Part shown: positions 37,659 through 46,639 of the stretch, piece after piece
How positions within the stretch are numbered: the stretch's first letter is position 1
Layout: each line of letters begins with the position of its first letter
Assembly: GCA_964351315.1 (NCBI GenBank)
Contig: CAYGNH010000005.1
Location: forward strand, 145,576-209,575
Direction of reading: 5' to 3'
DNA: 64,000 nt
DNA from: an uncultured Pseudobdellovibrionaceae bacterium
Lineage (GTDB): Bacteria > Bdellovibrionota > Bdellovibrionia > Bdellovibrionales > JAGQZY01
The notes under the pieces: generated by a model
Told to the model about the DNA's origin: nothing
Databases searched by the model: none
The model's input: only the letters and a program-made list of their open reading frames with translations
Position numbers and translations under genes: made by a program

Positions 37659-38342
37659 ATGAAGTTTCTGATCGTTGACGATGATCCGGCAATTTTAAAA
37701 ATCACCGAGACTTTGCTTAAAATGCAAAGTCACGAAGTGGTGTGCGTCGACAACGCTCTGGATGCGATTCAAACTTTAGGCGATCTTTCTTTTGATATTT
37801 TAATCACTGATGCAACGATGCCAGCCCACAGTGGATTTGACCTCATCCGTTCCATTCGCAAAAGAAAAGAGCTTTCCTATTTAAGTATTGCCATGCTCAC
37901 AGGTCGGAGCGAGAAAAGTGATATCGAACAAGCTGTCGAGTTGGGTGTGCAAGACTATATCGTCAAACCCATCGAACCTGAACTTTTCGTTGAAAAAATG
38001 GAAAAGCTGGCTGAACGTCATCGCAAAAAGAAAGATCAGAAGCCGGTTAAAACAAAATACAATGGCCTGATGCAAGTCCCTATTCACGTGCTAAGAGTGA
38101 CAGATATCGGGGTCAGCATTGAAAGCCCCTACCCTCTTGAAAAAGGGACGATTGTCACCATGGATCTTGAAGAACTCAAAGAAGCAGGGCTTTTGCAAAA
38201 CCGATTTAAAGCCATTTTCAATACCCACTCTTCTGATTCAGATAAAGTGGTCACAGAGTTTATTTTATTGGACCTCAACGAGCGAGAACAACAGTTGCTT
38301 GGCCAGGCTGCCCAAAAGTGGTTTGGCAAAAATGCGGGATAA
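37659..38342 (+). CDS. response regulator: receiver domain + C-terminal PilZ-like beta-barrel (degenerate motifs)
   Basis: Receiver: KFLIVDDDP...ILITDATMP...DYIVKP. The ~100-aa C-terminus (VPIHVLRVTDIGVSIES...GTIVTMDL) has a PilZ-like pattern, but canonical RxxxR / DxSxxG motifs are not intact. Confidence 0.8.
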   Translation: MKFLIVDDDPAILKITETLLKMQSHEVVCVDNALDAIQTLGDLSFDILITDATMPAHSGFDLIRSIRKRKELSYLSIAMLTGRSEKSDIEQAVELGVQDYIVKPIEPELFVEKMEKLAERHRKKKDQKPVKTKYNGLMQVPIHVLRVTDIGVSIESPYPLEKGTIVTMDLEELKEAGLLQNRFKAIFNTHSSDSDKVVTEFILLDLNEREQQLLGQAAQKWFGKNAG

Positions 38343-38353
38343 GAAAGGTAACA

Positions 38354-38722
38354 ATGAAAATACTTTTGGCAGAAGATGATTTAAACATTACAAAAATCGC
38401 CCGCATGGTTTTAGAAAAAGTGGGCCACCACCAAGTGGATCATGCCAAAGATGGAGGCGAGGCCCTGGAAAAGGCTTTAGCAAATGACTATGACCTGATT
38501 ATTCTTGATGGAATGATGCCTATTTTACCCGGAGTCGAGGTCTGTCGCCAGTACCATGAAAAAAAACAAGATCGAAAAGCTCAAGTTATCTTTTTAAGCG
38601 CAAAATCTTCACAAAATGACATTAACGAATTTTTAAGCCTTGGCGAGGGATATATTCAAAAACCCTTTGCGCCACAAAGCCTCTGCAACATGATCGACGA
38701 CATTTTGAAAAAGGCTGCCTAG
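38354..38722 (+). CDS. single-domain CheY-like response regulator
   Basis: MKILLAEDD...DLIILDGMMP...SAKS...YIQKPF. I chose the ATG at 38354 over the ORF-track start at 38318. Confidence 0.85.
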   Translation: MKILLAEDDLNITKIARMVLEKVGHHQVDHAKDGGEALEKALANDYDLIILDGMMPILPGVEVCRQYHEKKQDRKAQVIFLSAKSSQNDINEFLSLGEGYIQKPFAPQSLCNMIDDILKKAA

Positions 38723-40080
38723 TGAAGTCGATCCGAGCCAAACTCAATCTCACCATGTTTTTAATGCTCGGAGCCGCCCTTGGATTTGGCTACATAGCCT
38801 ACAAAAACAATGAAAAACTAGAACGTTGGCAAGGGCATGTTTCAAAAAGTCTTCTAATCCGAGACCATGTCCAAGACATCAATGTCAAAGAAAGGTCGCA
38901 AAAAGACCTTGCTCCTCTAAAGGAATTTAAACAAGAGACCAACGAGCCAGAGAGATACGAAGCCGTCAGCAACTTGATCCAAGCCTACAATGCCAATAAC
39001 CCAAAACTTTACGAAATGCGCTTTCACGAATTCGAGAAAGTGGAACGACGATTTTTTAAATACGGCCAATGGAAAATCAAAAAGTTCAAACAAGAAGTTC
39101 GGTTTTTTTTAATCCTGGGAACGATCCTACCTCTAATTGGACTGTGCGGACTGATCTACTACTTCAACTACGGCGTTCTATACCCTTTGCAAAGTCTCAG
39201 CAATCGCATGATGGAGTTTCTGATCGACCAGTACACTTTTCGATTCTCCAGCCCTCCAAACAATGAGATCGGAAACCTCGAGAGAACCTTCAATTCATTA
39301 GCTCAAAAAGTTTTAAACAATATGGACGAGCTGCACGCTCTGGATCGGGCAAAGTCCGAGTTTGTCAGTATTGCCAGTCACGAATTGAGAACGCCTTTGA
39401 CTTCGATTAAGGGGTCACTCGGATTGCTGAGCAACGAAATCGTTGGCGAACTCGATAAAGATTCTAAAGAAATGGTTTTAGTCGCCGAACAAGAAACCGA
39501 CCGCCTCGTCCGCCTGATCAATGACATGTTGGATTTAGCAAAAATAGAATCGCGCTCTCTGACCCTGAAAACCGAATGGGCACCCGTCTCCGAACTTTTA
39601 GTAAAAACAGCTCAAGGACTGAAGGGCTTCGCATCTGCCGCCCAGGTTAAAATTAAGGTTGTCTCTACGGCCGGTCAGAACTTTGAGGCCAAAATGGACT
39701 CGGATCGAATTCAACAAGTTCTGACTAACCTGATTTCCAATGCCATTAAATACAGCCCCGAAAATGGAATCGTCACTGTGCAAGCCTCCGTCACGAATCA
39801 AGGTCCCATTGAAGTGGCGATCTCCGATCAAGGCCAGGGTATTTCGGAAGACAATCAAAGTTTGATTTTCGAAAAATTTCGGCAAGCCACTGACTCGACA
39901 CACCACCTTGTTAAAGGCACAGGGTTGGGTTTAGCCATTTCTAAAGCCTTGATCGAAGAGCACAAGGGAACCATTGGCGTCCGATCGGCAGAGGGACGGG
40001 GCGCCACCTTCTTTTTTACTCTACCCGAGTGGAAAAAGGCTGATATTATTGAACCGGAACACAACAAAAAGGTAGCATAA
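38722..40080 (+). CDS. sensor histidine kinase (2 TM, helical periplasmic segment, HAMP-like linker, HisKA + HATPase_c)
   Basis: H-box SHELRTPLTSI, N-box NLISNAIKYS, G1 DQGQGI, G2 GTGLGLAI. The GTG start overlaps the upstream stop (TAGTG). Confidence 0.9.
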   Translation: MKSIRAKLNLTMFLMLGAALGFGYIAYKNNEKLERWQGHVSKSLLIRDHVQDINVKERSQKDLAPLKEFKQETNEPERYEAVSNLIQAYNANNPKLYEMRFHEFEKVERRFFKYGQWKIKKFKQEVRFFLILGTILPLIGLCGLIYYFNYGVLYPLQSLSNRMMEFLIDQYTFRFSSPPNNEIGNLERTFNSLAQKVLNNMDELHALDRAKSEFVSIASHELRTPLTSIKGSLGLLSNEIVGELDKDSKEMVLVAEQETDRLVRLINDMLDLAKIESRSLTLKTEWAPVSELLVKTAQGLKGFASAAQVKIKVVSTAGQNFEAKMDSDRIQQVLTNLISNAIKYSPENGIVTVQASVTNQGPIEVAISDQGQGISEDNQSLIFEKFRQATDSTHHLVKGTGLGLAISKALIEEHKGTIGVRSAEGRGATFFFTLPEWKKADIIEPEHNKKVA

Positions 40081-40082
40081 AA

Positions 40083-40430
40083 GTGACTTCGGAAAACTAC
40101 GACGAAATGATGACAGAACTTCGCATGGAATACTTGGCCAGTTTTGACGCCAAATTTGACCTGATGAGAGGCTTTCTGGAAGGAAGAGATTGGTACTCTC
40201 TAGAACTGGAAATGCACAAGCTCAAGGGCACCGGCTCCACCTACGGCGTCCCCGAAGTGACAGAGCTCTGCCAACATATGGAAACCACCTGTCGAGAGCA
40301 AGGCGCCCTTGAAGAACAGGATTTAAACAAGGCCATAGCCCTTCTTATTGATATTCGAAAGAAATACACAGAAGATGCGGAATTTGACTTAGCTAAGGAT
40401 TCTCGTTTTCTGGAATTAAAAAAAATTTAG
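40083..40430 (+). CDS. Hpt (histidine phosphotransfer) domain protein
   Basis: 115 aa. HKLKGTGSTYG is the HxxKG phospho-His motif. The GTG start lies 2 nt after the kinase stop. Confidence 0.8.
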   Translation: MTSENYDEMMTELRMEYLASFDAKFDLMRGFLEGRDWYSLELEMHKLKGTGSTYGVPEVTELCQHMETTCREQGALEEQDLNKAIALLIDIRKKYTEDAEFDLAKDSRFLELKKI

Positions 40431-40464
40431 TTTCTTTTAGAGTTATTTCTTACTAAAAGAAGGA

Positions 40465-41187
40465 ATGAACAGTCCCTATAGCAACCAAACCAAAGAGTTC
40501 ACCATCGACCCCGGCTGCCCCTGGTATGAAGCCCAACAAAGCTATGGGGCTCCCAATGTCAACTGGTGCGAACCCACCGTTTGCTCAGTGATCAACGAGC
40601 CTGCCAATACTTGGAGCAATTTACCCTACATGATCATTGGATTGGCTCTGCTCGCAAAATTAAAAAGCCAACCTTTGCGGGGCTTCTGCTATGCCGTTTT
40701 CTACATGGGACTTTTCTCCTTCATCTACCACGCGACCAACAATTATCTAAGCCAGTTTCTTGATTTCATTGGGATGTTTTTAATGATGGCGTTTTTACTG
40801 AGCTTTAATCTTAAACGGGTTTGGGCGACGTCAATGGGGTTTTACACACTTTTTTGGTTTTTGGTCTTTTTTAACACCGCCTTTTTTATGGTGTTCAATA
40901 TTGTCGACTGGCCCGTTCAGCCAATGATGCTTATTAATGCGGTTCCCATTATTATCCTGGATCTGACCGCGGGGGTGAAAGAGAAACGCTTGCAAGACTA
41001 TTCTTTGTTCGCTCTGGCCGTGTTTTTTCTAATAACAGCACAAGCATTCGCAATTTTAGATATCAAAAGAATCTGGTGCGAGCCTAGCAATAGGATCCTC
41101 CATGGCCATGTGATGTGGCACCTTTTTGGCTCTTTGGGAATGCTTTTTTCGGGCCTTCATTTGCGACGAATGAGTCATAAGGATTGA
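40465..41187 (+). CDS. 7-TM alkaline ceramidase (ACER/YPC1)-family hydrolase
   Basis: NWCEPTVCSVINEPANTWSNLPYMIIG compares with eukaryotic WCEENY...IAEFWNTVSNL. FIYHATNNYLSQFLDFIGMF compares with FH.T....Q.LDE.PM. The C-terminal HGHVMWHLFGSLG compares with FHAWWHILTGLG. All three zinc-ligand His positions are present. Confidence 0.75.
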   Translation: MNSPYSNQTKEFTIDPGCPWYEAQQSYGAPNVNWCEPTVCSVINEPANTWSNLPYMIIGLALLAKLKSQPLRGFCYAVFYMGLFSFIYHATNNYLSQFLDFIGMFLMMAFLLSFNLKRVWATSMGFYTLFWFLVFFNTAFFMVFNIVDWPVQPMMLINAVPIIILDLTAGVKEKRLQDYSLFALAVFFLITAQAFAILDIKRIWCEPSNRILHGHVMWHLFGSLGMLFSGLHLRRMSHKD

Positions 41188-41245
41188 CAAAACGCGTATT
41201 TTTGTTCAACTTACACTAAACAAACATTTATTGTGCAAGGATATT

Positions 41246-41767
41246 ATGAGCGCCCCTTCGATCACCGATTCACCACAGTATCTTAGTCTCGCCGCCAACA
41301 TTGGCTCATTCATCGAATATTGGGGCTTCAAACAAGTTCATGGAAAAATTTGGACTTTGATTTTTCTGTCCCCCGATCCCGTCGATGCCAATTTTTTAAA
41401 AAACACTTTAAAAATTTCGAAAGCTTTGACCAGCATGTCCCTAAAAGATCTCCTCGAGTACCATGTCATTGAAGAGGTTGAGAAAGACAAGCCAGGCACT
41501 CAAAAATACACGATCAACACCGATATTACCAAAGTGATCTTAGATATCATTCATCAACGGGAACTGAAAATGCTGGCGGAAATTCAAACGGATTGCAAAA
41601 AGTTAAATGATAAATTGGCAAAATCCAGCCAGACCTTTATTGACCCAAAAAGAATGGACGATTTATCGGCCATGGTGAGCACGGCTCAAATGCTCCTGAC
41701 CGGAATGACCGCCGGCAGTCATGTCGACTTCAAGGTCTTCGATGAAGTCATGACCATCAAAGAGTAG
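41246..41767 (+). CDS. GbsR/MarR-type winged-helix transcriptional regulator
   Basis: The pattern GKIWTLIFLSPDPVDANFLKNTLKISKALTSMSLKDLLEYHVI matches the GbsR-like wHTH. Start chosen at ATG 41246; the ORF track begins at TTG 41231. Confidence 0.65.
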   Translation: MSAPSITDSPQYLSLAANIGSFIEYWGFKQVHGKIWTLIFLSPDPVDANFLKNTLKISKALTSMSLKDLLEYHVIEEVEKDKPGTQKYTINTDITKVILDIIHQRELKMLAEIQTDCKKLNDKLAKSSQTFIDPKRMDDLSAMVSTAQMLLTGMTAGSHVDFKVFDEVMTIKE

Positions 41768-42043
41768 ATATAGCTTTAGCGAATAGCTAATCCAGAGGAG
41801 AAAGCTGATCGACAATTTTACATCGAAGTCGATATCGATTCGCAGGGTAACTTGATTGCTTACAATCATGAAAAGCTTTCTGTTGTTTTTGATTTAGAAA
41901 ACCCAGAGAAGCCCGACCTAGTGTCCGAAGGCTACTACGCCCCAGGTGCCTCCATTCCATTATTAAATGGGAGTGGGTCTAGCCTATTGCATGGTTTGAA
42001 AATATAAACTCGAAGAAACTAAGTGATTCGATCCCAAAATAAA

Positions 42044-43543
42044 TCAGCCTTGGAAGGAATCCTTTTGCCATTTGTAGAGTTCCAAGGCTTTGTCTCTTTG
42101 TTCTGAGTGATCAACGATCGGTTTAGGGTAGGTCGGATGATTATAAATCTCTTGGTGCAAATCTTTTGGGTCCAAATCTTTTAGCTCTGGTACAAAGGTT
42201 TTTATATAGACCCCATCGGGATCAAATTTTTTGCTCTGCAACCAAGGGTTAAAAATACGAAAATAAGGCTGCGGATCACAACCGGTGGAGGCCGCCCATT
42301 GCCAACCACCATTGTTCGGCGCTAAATCACCATCTAAAAGTTGCTCCATAAAATATTTTTCGCCCCACTGCCAATCGATCAATAGGTCCTTTGTTAAAAA
42401 AGACGCCACGATCATGCGCACTCGATTGTGCATCCAGCCGGTGGTTTTCAACTGCCGCATGCCCGCATCGACAATGGGGAAGCCGGTTTTTCCATCTTTC
42501 CAAGCTTGAAAGAACTTTTTATCGTTTTGCCACTGCAGGCCTTGGTACTGCGGCAAAAAAGCTTCGGTTTCGACACGTGGGTTGTGTTTTAAAATATGAT
42601 AATAAAACTCACGCCAAATAAGCTCACTAAAAAAAGAGTCACGATTGGTTTTCTTTTTCTTGTAGGGCTCTAGTTCAAAAAAGGCAATAATTTGTGGGAC
42701 CGTAAGCGAGCCGTTTTTCAGAAACAAAGAAAACTTCGAAGTTCCGTTGATCGACGGAAAGTCTCTTTTTTCTTTGTAGGTGTCGATGCGTTTTTTAAAA
42801 TCCTGCATGGCTTCGTAGGCCACTAACGAACCGGTCGCTGGAATTTCGACGGTCGTCTTCTTACCATTTTCTTCTTGGTATTTTTTTAGGTTGGAGTCGT
42901 ATTCCTCCAAATTGGTAAGAAGATTCTTCCAATTCAGTTTAAATATTTTCTCAGTTTGGCCCTTGGCTCTTTTCTGCAAGTACTTGAGACCCGCATTCTG
43001 AGCTTTGACTCGCCTCTGCACTTCCTCGCCTCGAAAGATCTCTAGCCACTGACGAGCAAAGGGGGAGTAAACTTGGTAGTGTCCTTCAGGATCATTTTTT
43101 TTAGCCAGTTCATGGGGCTCAATCAAAAGGTGGTCTCGCATCGAAAGACAAGACACTCCCAGACTAGGGAAGACTTTTTGCATTTCTTGATCTCGTTTGA
43201 CGGCAAAGGGTTCGTAATCTACGCCCCAACTGATCACCTTGGGAAGACCCGACCTCTCTTTTTCCAACTGTTTTAAAAGCTTTGGAAAAGCTTGCTGAGG
43301 GCCTATGTCCATAAACAAAAGATCTGAACCCAGTTCTCGAAGTTCCTTTTTCAATTCGGCTAAAGTGTTAATAAAAAACTGGAACCGATTGACCGAAAAA
43401 TCGGAGCGGCTCAGAAAGACTTTATCAAAACAAAAAACACCGACGACGCGACCGTCGTTTTGCTTCCAATTTTCCTGCAAAGCCAGATTACCAGCAACGC
43501 GTAGATCTCTTCTAAACCAGTGAATGCCATAAGTTTGTTGCAA
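42044..43543 (-). CDS. phrB: deoxyribodipyrimidine photo-lyase (class I CPD photolyase/cryptochrome family)
   Basis: 499 aa. IHWFRRDLRVAGNLAL, GWMHNRVRMIVASFLTKDL, DGDLAPNNGGWQWAASTG, PYFRIFNP. Confidence 0.9.
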   Translation of the reverse strand: MQQTYGIHWFRRDLRVAGNLALQENWKQNDGRVVGVFCFDKVFLSRSDFSVNRFQFFINTLAELKKELRELGSDLLFMDIGPQQAFPKLLKQLEKERSGLPKVISWGVDYEPFAVKRDQEMQKVFPSLGVSCLSMRDHLLIEPHELAKKNDPEGHYQVYSPFARQWLEIFRGEEVQRRVKAQNAGLKYLQKRAKGQTEKIFKLNWKNLLTNLEEYDSNLKKYQEENGKKTTVEIPATGSLVAYEAMQDFKKRIDTYKEKRDFPSINGTSKFSLFLKNGSLTVPQIIAFFELEPYKKKKTNRDSFFSELIWREFYYHILKHNPRVETEAFLPQYQGLQWQNDKKFFQAWKDGKTGFPIVDAGMRQLKTTGWMHNRVRMIVASFLTKDLLIDWQWGEKYFMEQLLDGDLAPNNGGWQWAASTGCDPQPYFRIFNPWLQSKKFDPDGVYIKTFVPELKDLDPKDLHQEIYNHPTYPKPIVDHSEQRDKALELYKWQKDSFQG

Positions 43544-43625
43544 GGGGCGCGTCCTTTTGTTTCAACTCTCCTTATATTGACTTTTAAAGAAAAATCAATA
43601 AGATTGTTCAAAAGGATGTGAACTT

Positions 43626-44981
43626 ATGAAGATATTGATCACCGGTGGAACCGGAATGGTTGGCAGCGAAATTGGCAAGAAGCTCGCCCACCAAGGCCAC
43701 CAATTGTTTATTTTGACTCGGGATCGTAACAAAGCCGACTTGGACTGCCCTTTTCCTCAAACACCCATCACTTGGGATGAACTTCAAGAGTCCGATATTT
43801 TCACTGAACTGGAAGGAATCATTCATCTTGCTGGAGCCAGCGTTGCGGGTCGACGATGGAGTAAAGCTTATAAACAAGAAATCTATGACTCCCGAGTGAA
43901 GAGTACTCAACAGCTGGTCGACCTTTCGAACACCAAAGGTCATAAATTAAAATTTTTTATTTCAACTTCGGCTATAGGTATCTATGGCGAGGCCAACGAT
44001 ACAATGGCCGACGAAGACTATCACAAGTCTTATGGTTTTTTAGGAAAGGTCTGCCAAGATTGGGAAGCGCCCATTTCCGAGTTACAAAAAATCCGCAGTG
44101 TTATTTTTAGAGTTGGTATCGTCTTCTCAGAAAAAGGCGGCGCCCTTGCCGAAATGGTCCCACCAATTCAAAATGGAGTTGGGGGCGCTCTCGGCAATGG
44201 TCAGCAATTTATGAGCTGGATCGACATCGACGATTTGGTCAACCTTTACGTGATGGCCGTCAACACAGAAATCAGTGGCGTCTACAACGCCACCGCTCCC
44301 AATCCCGAATCCAATTTAAAAATCAGCCAAAGCATCGCTAACCGACTGGGTGTCCGCCTTGGCCCCAAAGTTCCTTACTTCGCTTTACGATTGGCGGTGG
44401 GAGAAGTGGCGCCTCACTTGGTGGAAAGTCAGAAAATCAGTTCTACAAAAATTCAGAACAAAGGTTTTCAGTTTAAATACAAAAGCATCGATGACTCGAT
44501 CGAAGCGCGAGTCCCCCAACTGACTGGAACAGAAAAAAGATTTATTTTTGAACAGTGGATCCCGAAAACCAAAGAAGAAGTGTTCCCGTTTTTTGCAGAA
44601 GCTAGAAACCTAGAGCAGATCACGCCCCCTTCCCTGCACTTTAATATCACATCGGTTTCGACAGAGACGATCCAAGCTGATACTGAAATTTGCTACAAAT
44701 TGAAAGTGGACGGAATCCCCATCAACTGGAAGACCATCATCAAGGATTGGAACCCGCCTCTGATGTTTTCAGACTTTCAAGAAAAAGGCCCCTACAGTAA
44801 ATGGTACCATATTCACCGCTTCGAAGATCTGGCGGGCGGAACCTTGATGACAGATCAGATCGATTTTAAACTGCCCCTGGGCGCCGTTGGCTATCTGGCT
44901 GCGTCTTGGAAGGTCTTAAAAGATGTGAAAAATATTTTTAGGTACCGTAAAGAAACGATTCATAATATGTATAGAAAATAA
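43626..44981 (+). CDS. TIGR01777 (YfcH/SDR39U1-like) NAD-binding epimerase-fold protein fused to a C-terminal SRPBCC (cyclase/dehydrase-like) domain
   Basis: N-terminal ITGGTGMVGS Rossmann motif. GNGQQFMSWIDIDD and the C-terminal DUF1731-like segment are typical of TIGR01777. The last ~150 aa (FPFFAEARNLEQITPP.L.F..., GPYSKWYHIHRF) fit the SRPBCC family. Confidence 0.8.
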   Translation: MKILITGGTGMVGSEIGKKLAHQGHQLFILTRDRNKADLDCPFPQTPITWDELQESDIFTELEGIIHLAGASVAGRRWSKAYKQEIYDSRVKSTQQLVDLSNTKGHKLKFFISTSAIGIYGEANDTMADEDYHKSYGFLGKVCQDWEAPISELQKIRSVIFRVGIVFSEKGGALAEMVPPIQNGVGGALGNGQQFMSWIDIDDLVNLYVMAVNTEISGVYNATAPNPESNLKISQSIANRLGVRLGPKVPYFALRLAVGEVAPHLVESQKISSTKIQNKGFQFKYKSIDDSIEARVPQLTGTEKRFIFEQWIPKTKEEVFPFFAEARNLEQITPPSLHFNITSVSTETIQADTEICYKLKVDGIPINWKTIIKDWNPPLMFSDFQEKGPYSKWYHIHRFEDLAGGTLMTDQIDFKLPLGAVGYLAASWKVLKDVKNIFRYRKETIHNMYRK

Positions 44982-44996
44982 TCAAAGGGGGAAACC

Positions 44997-45566
44997 ATGA
45001 GATTTTTTATTACAGCCATTTTAGCTCTATCGACTTATCAGGCCCGGGCGATCGATACAGTACAAAACCTGGATGTGAATCAATACCTGGGTTTCTGGCA
45101 TCAACTGGCTGCGATACCGCAAAACTTTGCCAAAGATTGTGTGCGAAACTCAAGTGCCGAGTATAGTCTTTTAGAGGACGGAACCATCGAAGTCTTGAAT
45201 TCCTGTGAACAAGAAGACGGAACTGTTAGTGTTGCCGAAGGTCGCGCCCGCGTTAATGATAAATTCAAAACTCCTTCCAAGCTGGAAGTTACTTTTGTCA
45301 AAGCTTTAGGAAATTGGATTTGGGCTTTTTCTGGTGACTATTGGGTGATCGATTTAGAATCGAATTACCAGTGGGCCTTGGTCGGACACCCCGAACTAAG
45401 CGGACTGTACATTTTATCGCGCGAGCCGGCTTTGTCTAATGACGTTTTAAAAGCCATGCGCGACAAGGTCGAAGCTGTCGGTTATGATTCCTGTGATATT
45501 TTGATGACCCCCACCCCCAAAGGAAGCTTTGAAGGCGGCGAACGCTTTTGCGACTTAGTTCTTTAG
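44997..45566 (+). CDS. blc: bacterial lipocalin (Blc-like)
   Basis: 189 aa. Signal peptide, then YLGFWHQLAAIP (lipocalin SCR1 G-x-W), YWVIDL and ALVG.P....YILSREP. Confidence 0.85.
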   Translation: MRFFITAILALSTYQARAIDTVQNLDVNQYLGFWHQLAAIPQNFAKDCVRNSSAEYSLLEDGTIEVLNSCEQEDGTVSVAEGRARVNDKFKTPSKLEVTFVKALGNWIWAFSGDYWVIDLESNYQWALVGHPELSGLYILSREPALSNDVLKAMRDKVEAVGYDSCDILMTPTPKGSFEGGERFCDLVL

Positions 45567-45572
45567 TCGAAT

Positions 45573-46535
45573 TTACTGGCCGGCGCAGATGGGATTTTGG
45601 TAGACGATATCGGGTATGTACGAAAGTACTTGGCTGATCGGCGTGATCACCTCACCGTCGCAGTTGGCCCCACAACGGGCCTCGACGCGACAGCCATCTT
45701 GGTAATTGAAGTCCACTTCTCCCGCGACCAGAATCCCTTCAGCCACTCCGGTGGCCGAGTTTAAAATGACCGATCCTGAATTCGCCGCAAAAGCGTCGAC
45801 ACTGGCCTCGATCCGATCCCCTACCGATTGCACAAAACCTCCGTCGGCAATTTTCGACGGCAACCCCATAGGGTGTCCGATCAACATCACTTGATCGCCA
45901 CGGCTGAGTGATCCCCCACGACGCACATTCAGAGGCGTACGCCCTGTCACCGGACGATCCAAGCGAACCACAGCAAAATCTCGAGCTCCGGTTTGCGTGG
46001 TGATCACCTCTCCGCAACTGTATACACTGGACGAAGGGATGCGATACTCGTCTTGATCAGCTCTTGTTTTCGCATAATCAAAAACGAAATAGGCACTGTC
46101 GCAGTCCGATTGATCGCGAACGCAGTGACCAGCCGTTACGATCAAATCTTCACTGACTAAAAAACCAGAACAAAACGCCGCGGAAGGTTGGTACTCGAAA
46201 GGTTGCCCGTCACAAAGATTAACGGCATTTTTATAAGTGGTCGCGTTGATTTGATACTCTCCATCGCGCAGGAGAAGATTGCCGTATGGGATAAGAGCCA
46301 AAGTGGCTTTGGCCCAATAGTCTTTAGTTTGCCCTGGGGATTCATACCAGTCCACCCGATCGTCCTCACCATAGATGGCTTTGATGGTGAAGTCGGCCTC
46401 GGCAGCCTCAAAGTCGGAATTTTGACAGGTCAAACCGGTGTTGGTTGATTCTTTACTGAAAAAGCCTTCCTCTTGTTTCGGAGAACAGGCCACCACAAGC
46501 AATAAGATGAAGTATAGGAATCTTTGTTTCTGCAT
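45573..46535 (-). CDS. trypsin-fold serine endopeptidase lipoprotein (S1B/V8-like)
   Basis: Lipobox LLLVVAC|S. Catalytic triad contexts TAGHCV (His), DFAVVRL (Asp), NSGSV (Ser). Confidence 0.8.
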   Translation of the reverse strand: MQKQRFLYFILLLVVACSPKQEEGFFSKESTNTGLTCQNSDFEAAEADFTIKAIYGEDDRVDWYESPGQTKDYWAKATLALIPYGNLLLRDGEYQINATTYKNAVNLCDGQPFEYQPSAAFCSGFLVSEDLIVTAGHCVRDQSDCDSAYFVFDYAKTRADQDEYRIPSSSVYSCGEVITTQTGARDFAVVRLDRPVTGRTPLNVRRGGSLSRGDQVMLIGHPMGLPSKIADGGFVQSVGDRIEASVDAFAANSGSVILNSATGVAEGILVAGEVDFNYQDGCRVEARCGANCDGEVITPISQVLSYIPDIVYQNPICAGQ

Positions 46536-46639
46536 CCCTATTCTTCGGTCGACCTAACCAAAGTTTTAAATCATGCAAAAACCGTATATTTTTTGACGAG
46601 ACCTAGGGCCTAGCCCAGGTCAATGGTCTGGCTATTTTA

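Noticed and set aside
41768-42043. A 276-bp gap follows the GbsR-like gene. It contains a ~70-codon plus-strand open frame (…EEKADRQFYIEVDIDSQGNLIAYNHEKLSVVFDLENPEKPDLVSEGYYAPGASIPLLNGSGSSLLHGLKI*).
   Set aside because: There is no ATG, GTG or TTG start until late in the frame, which would leave ~47 aa. No convincing RBS is paired with a start, and no family was recognised. It could be a gene remnant, but I cannot support a call.
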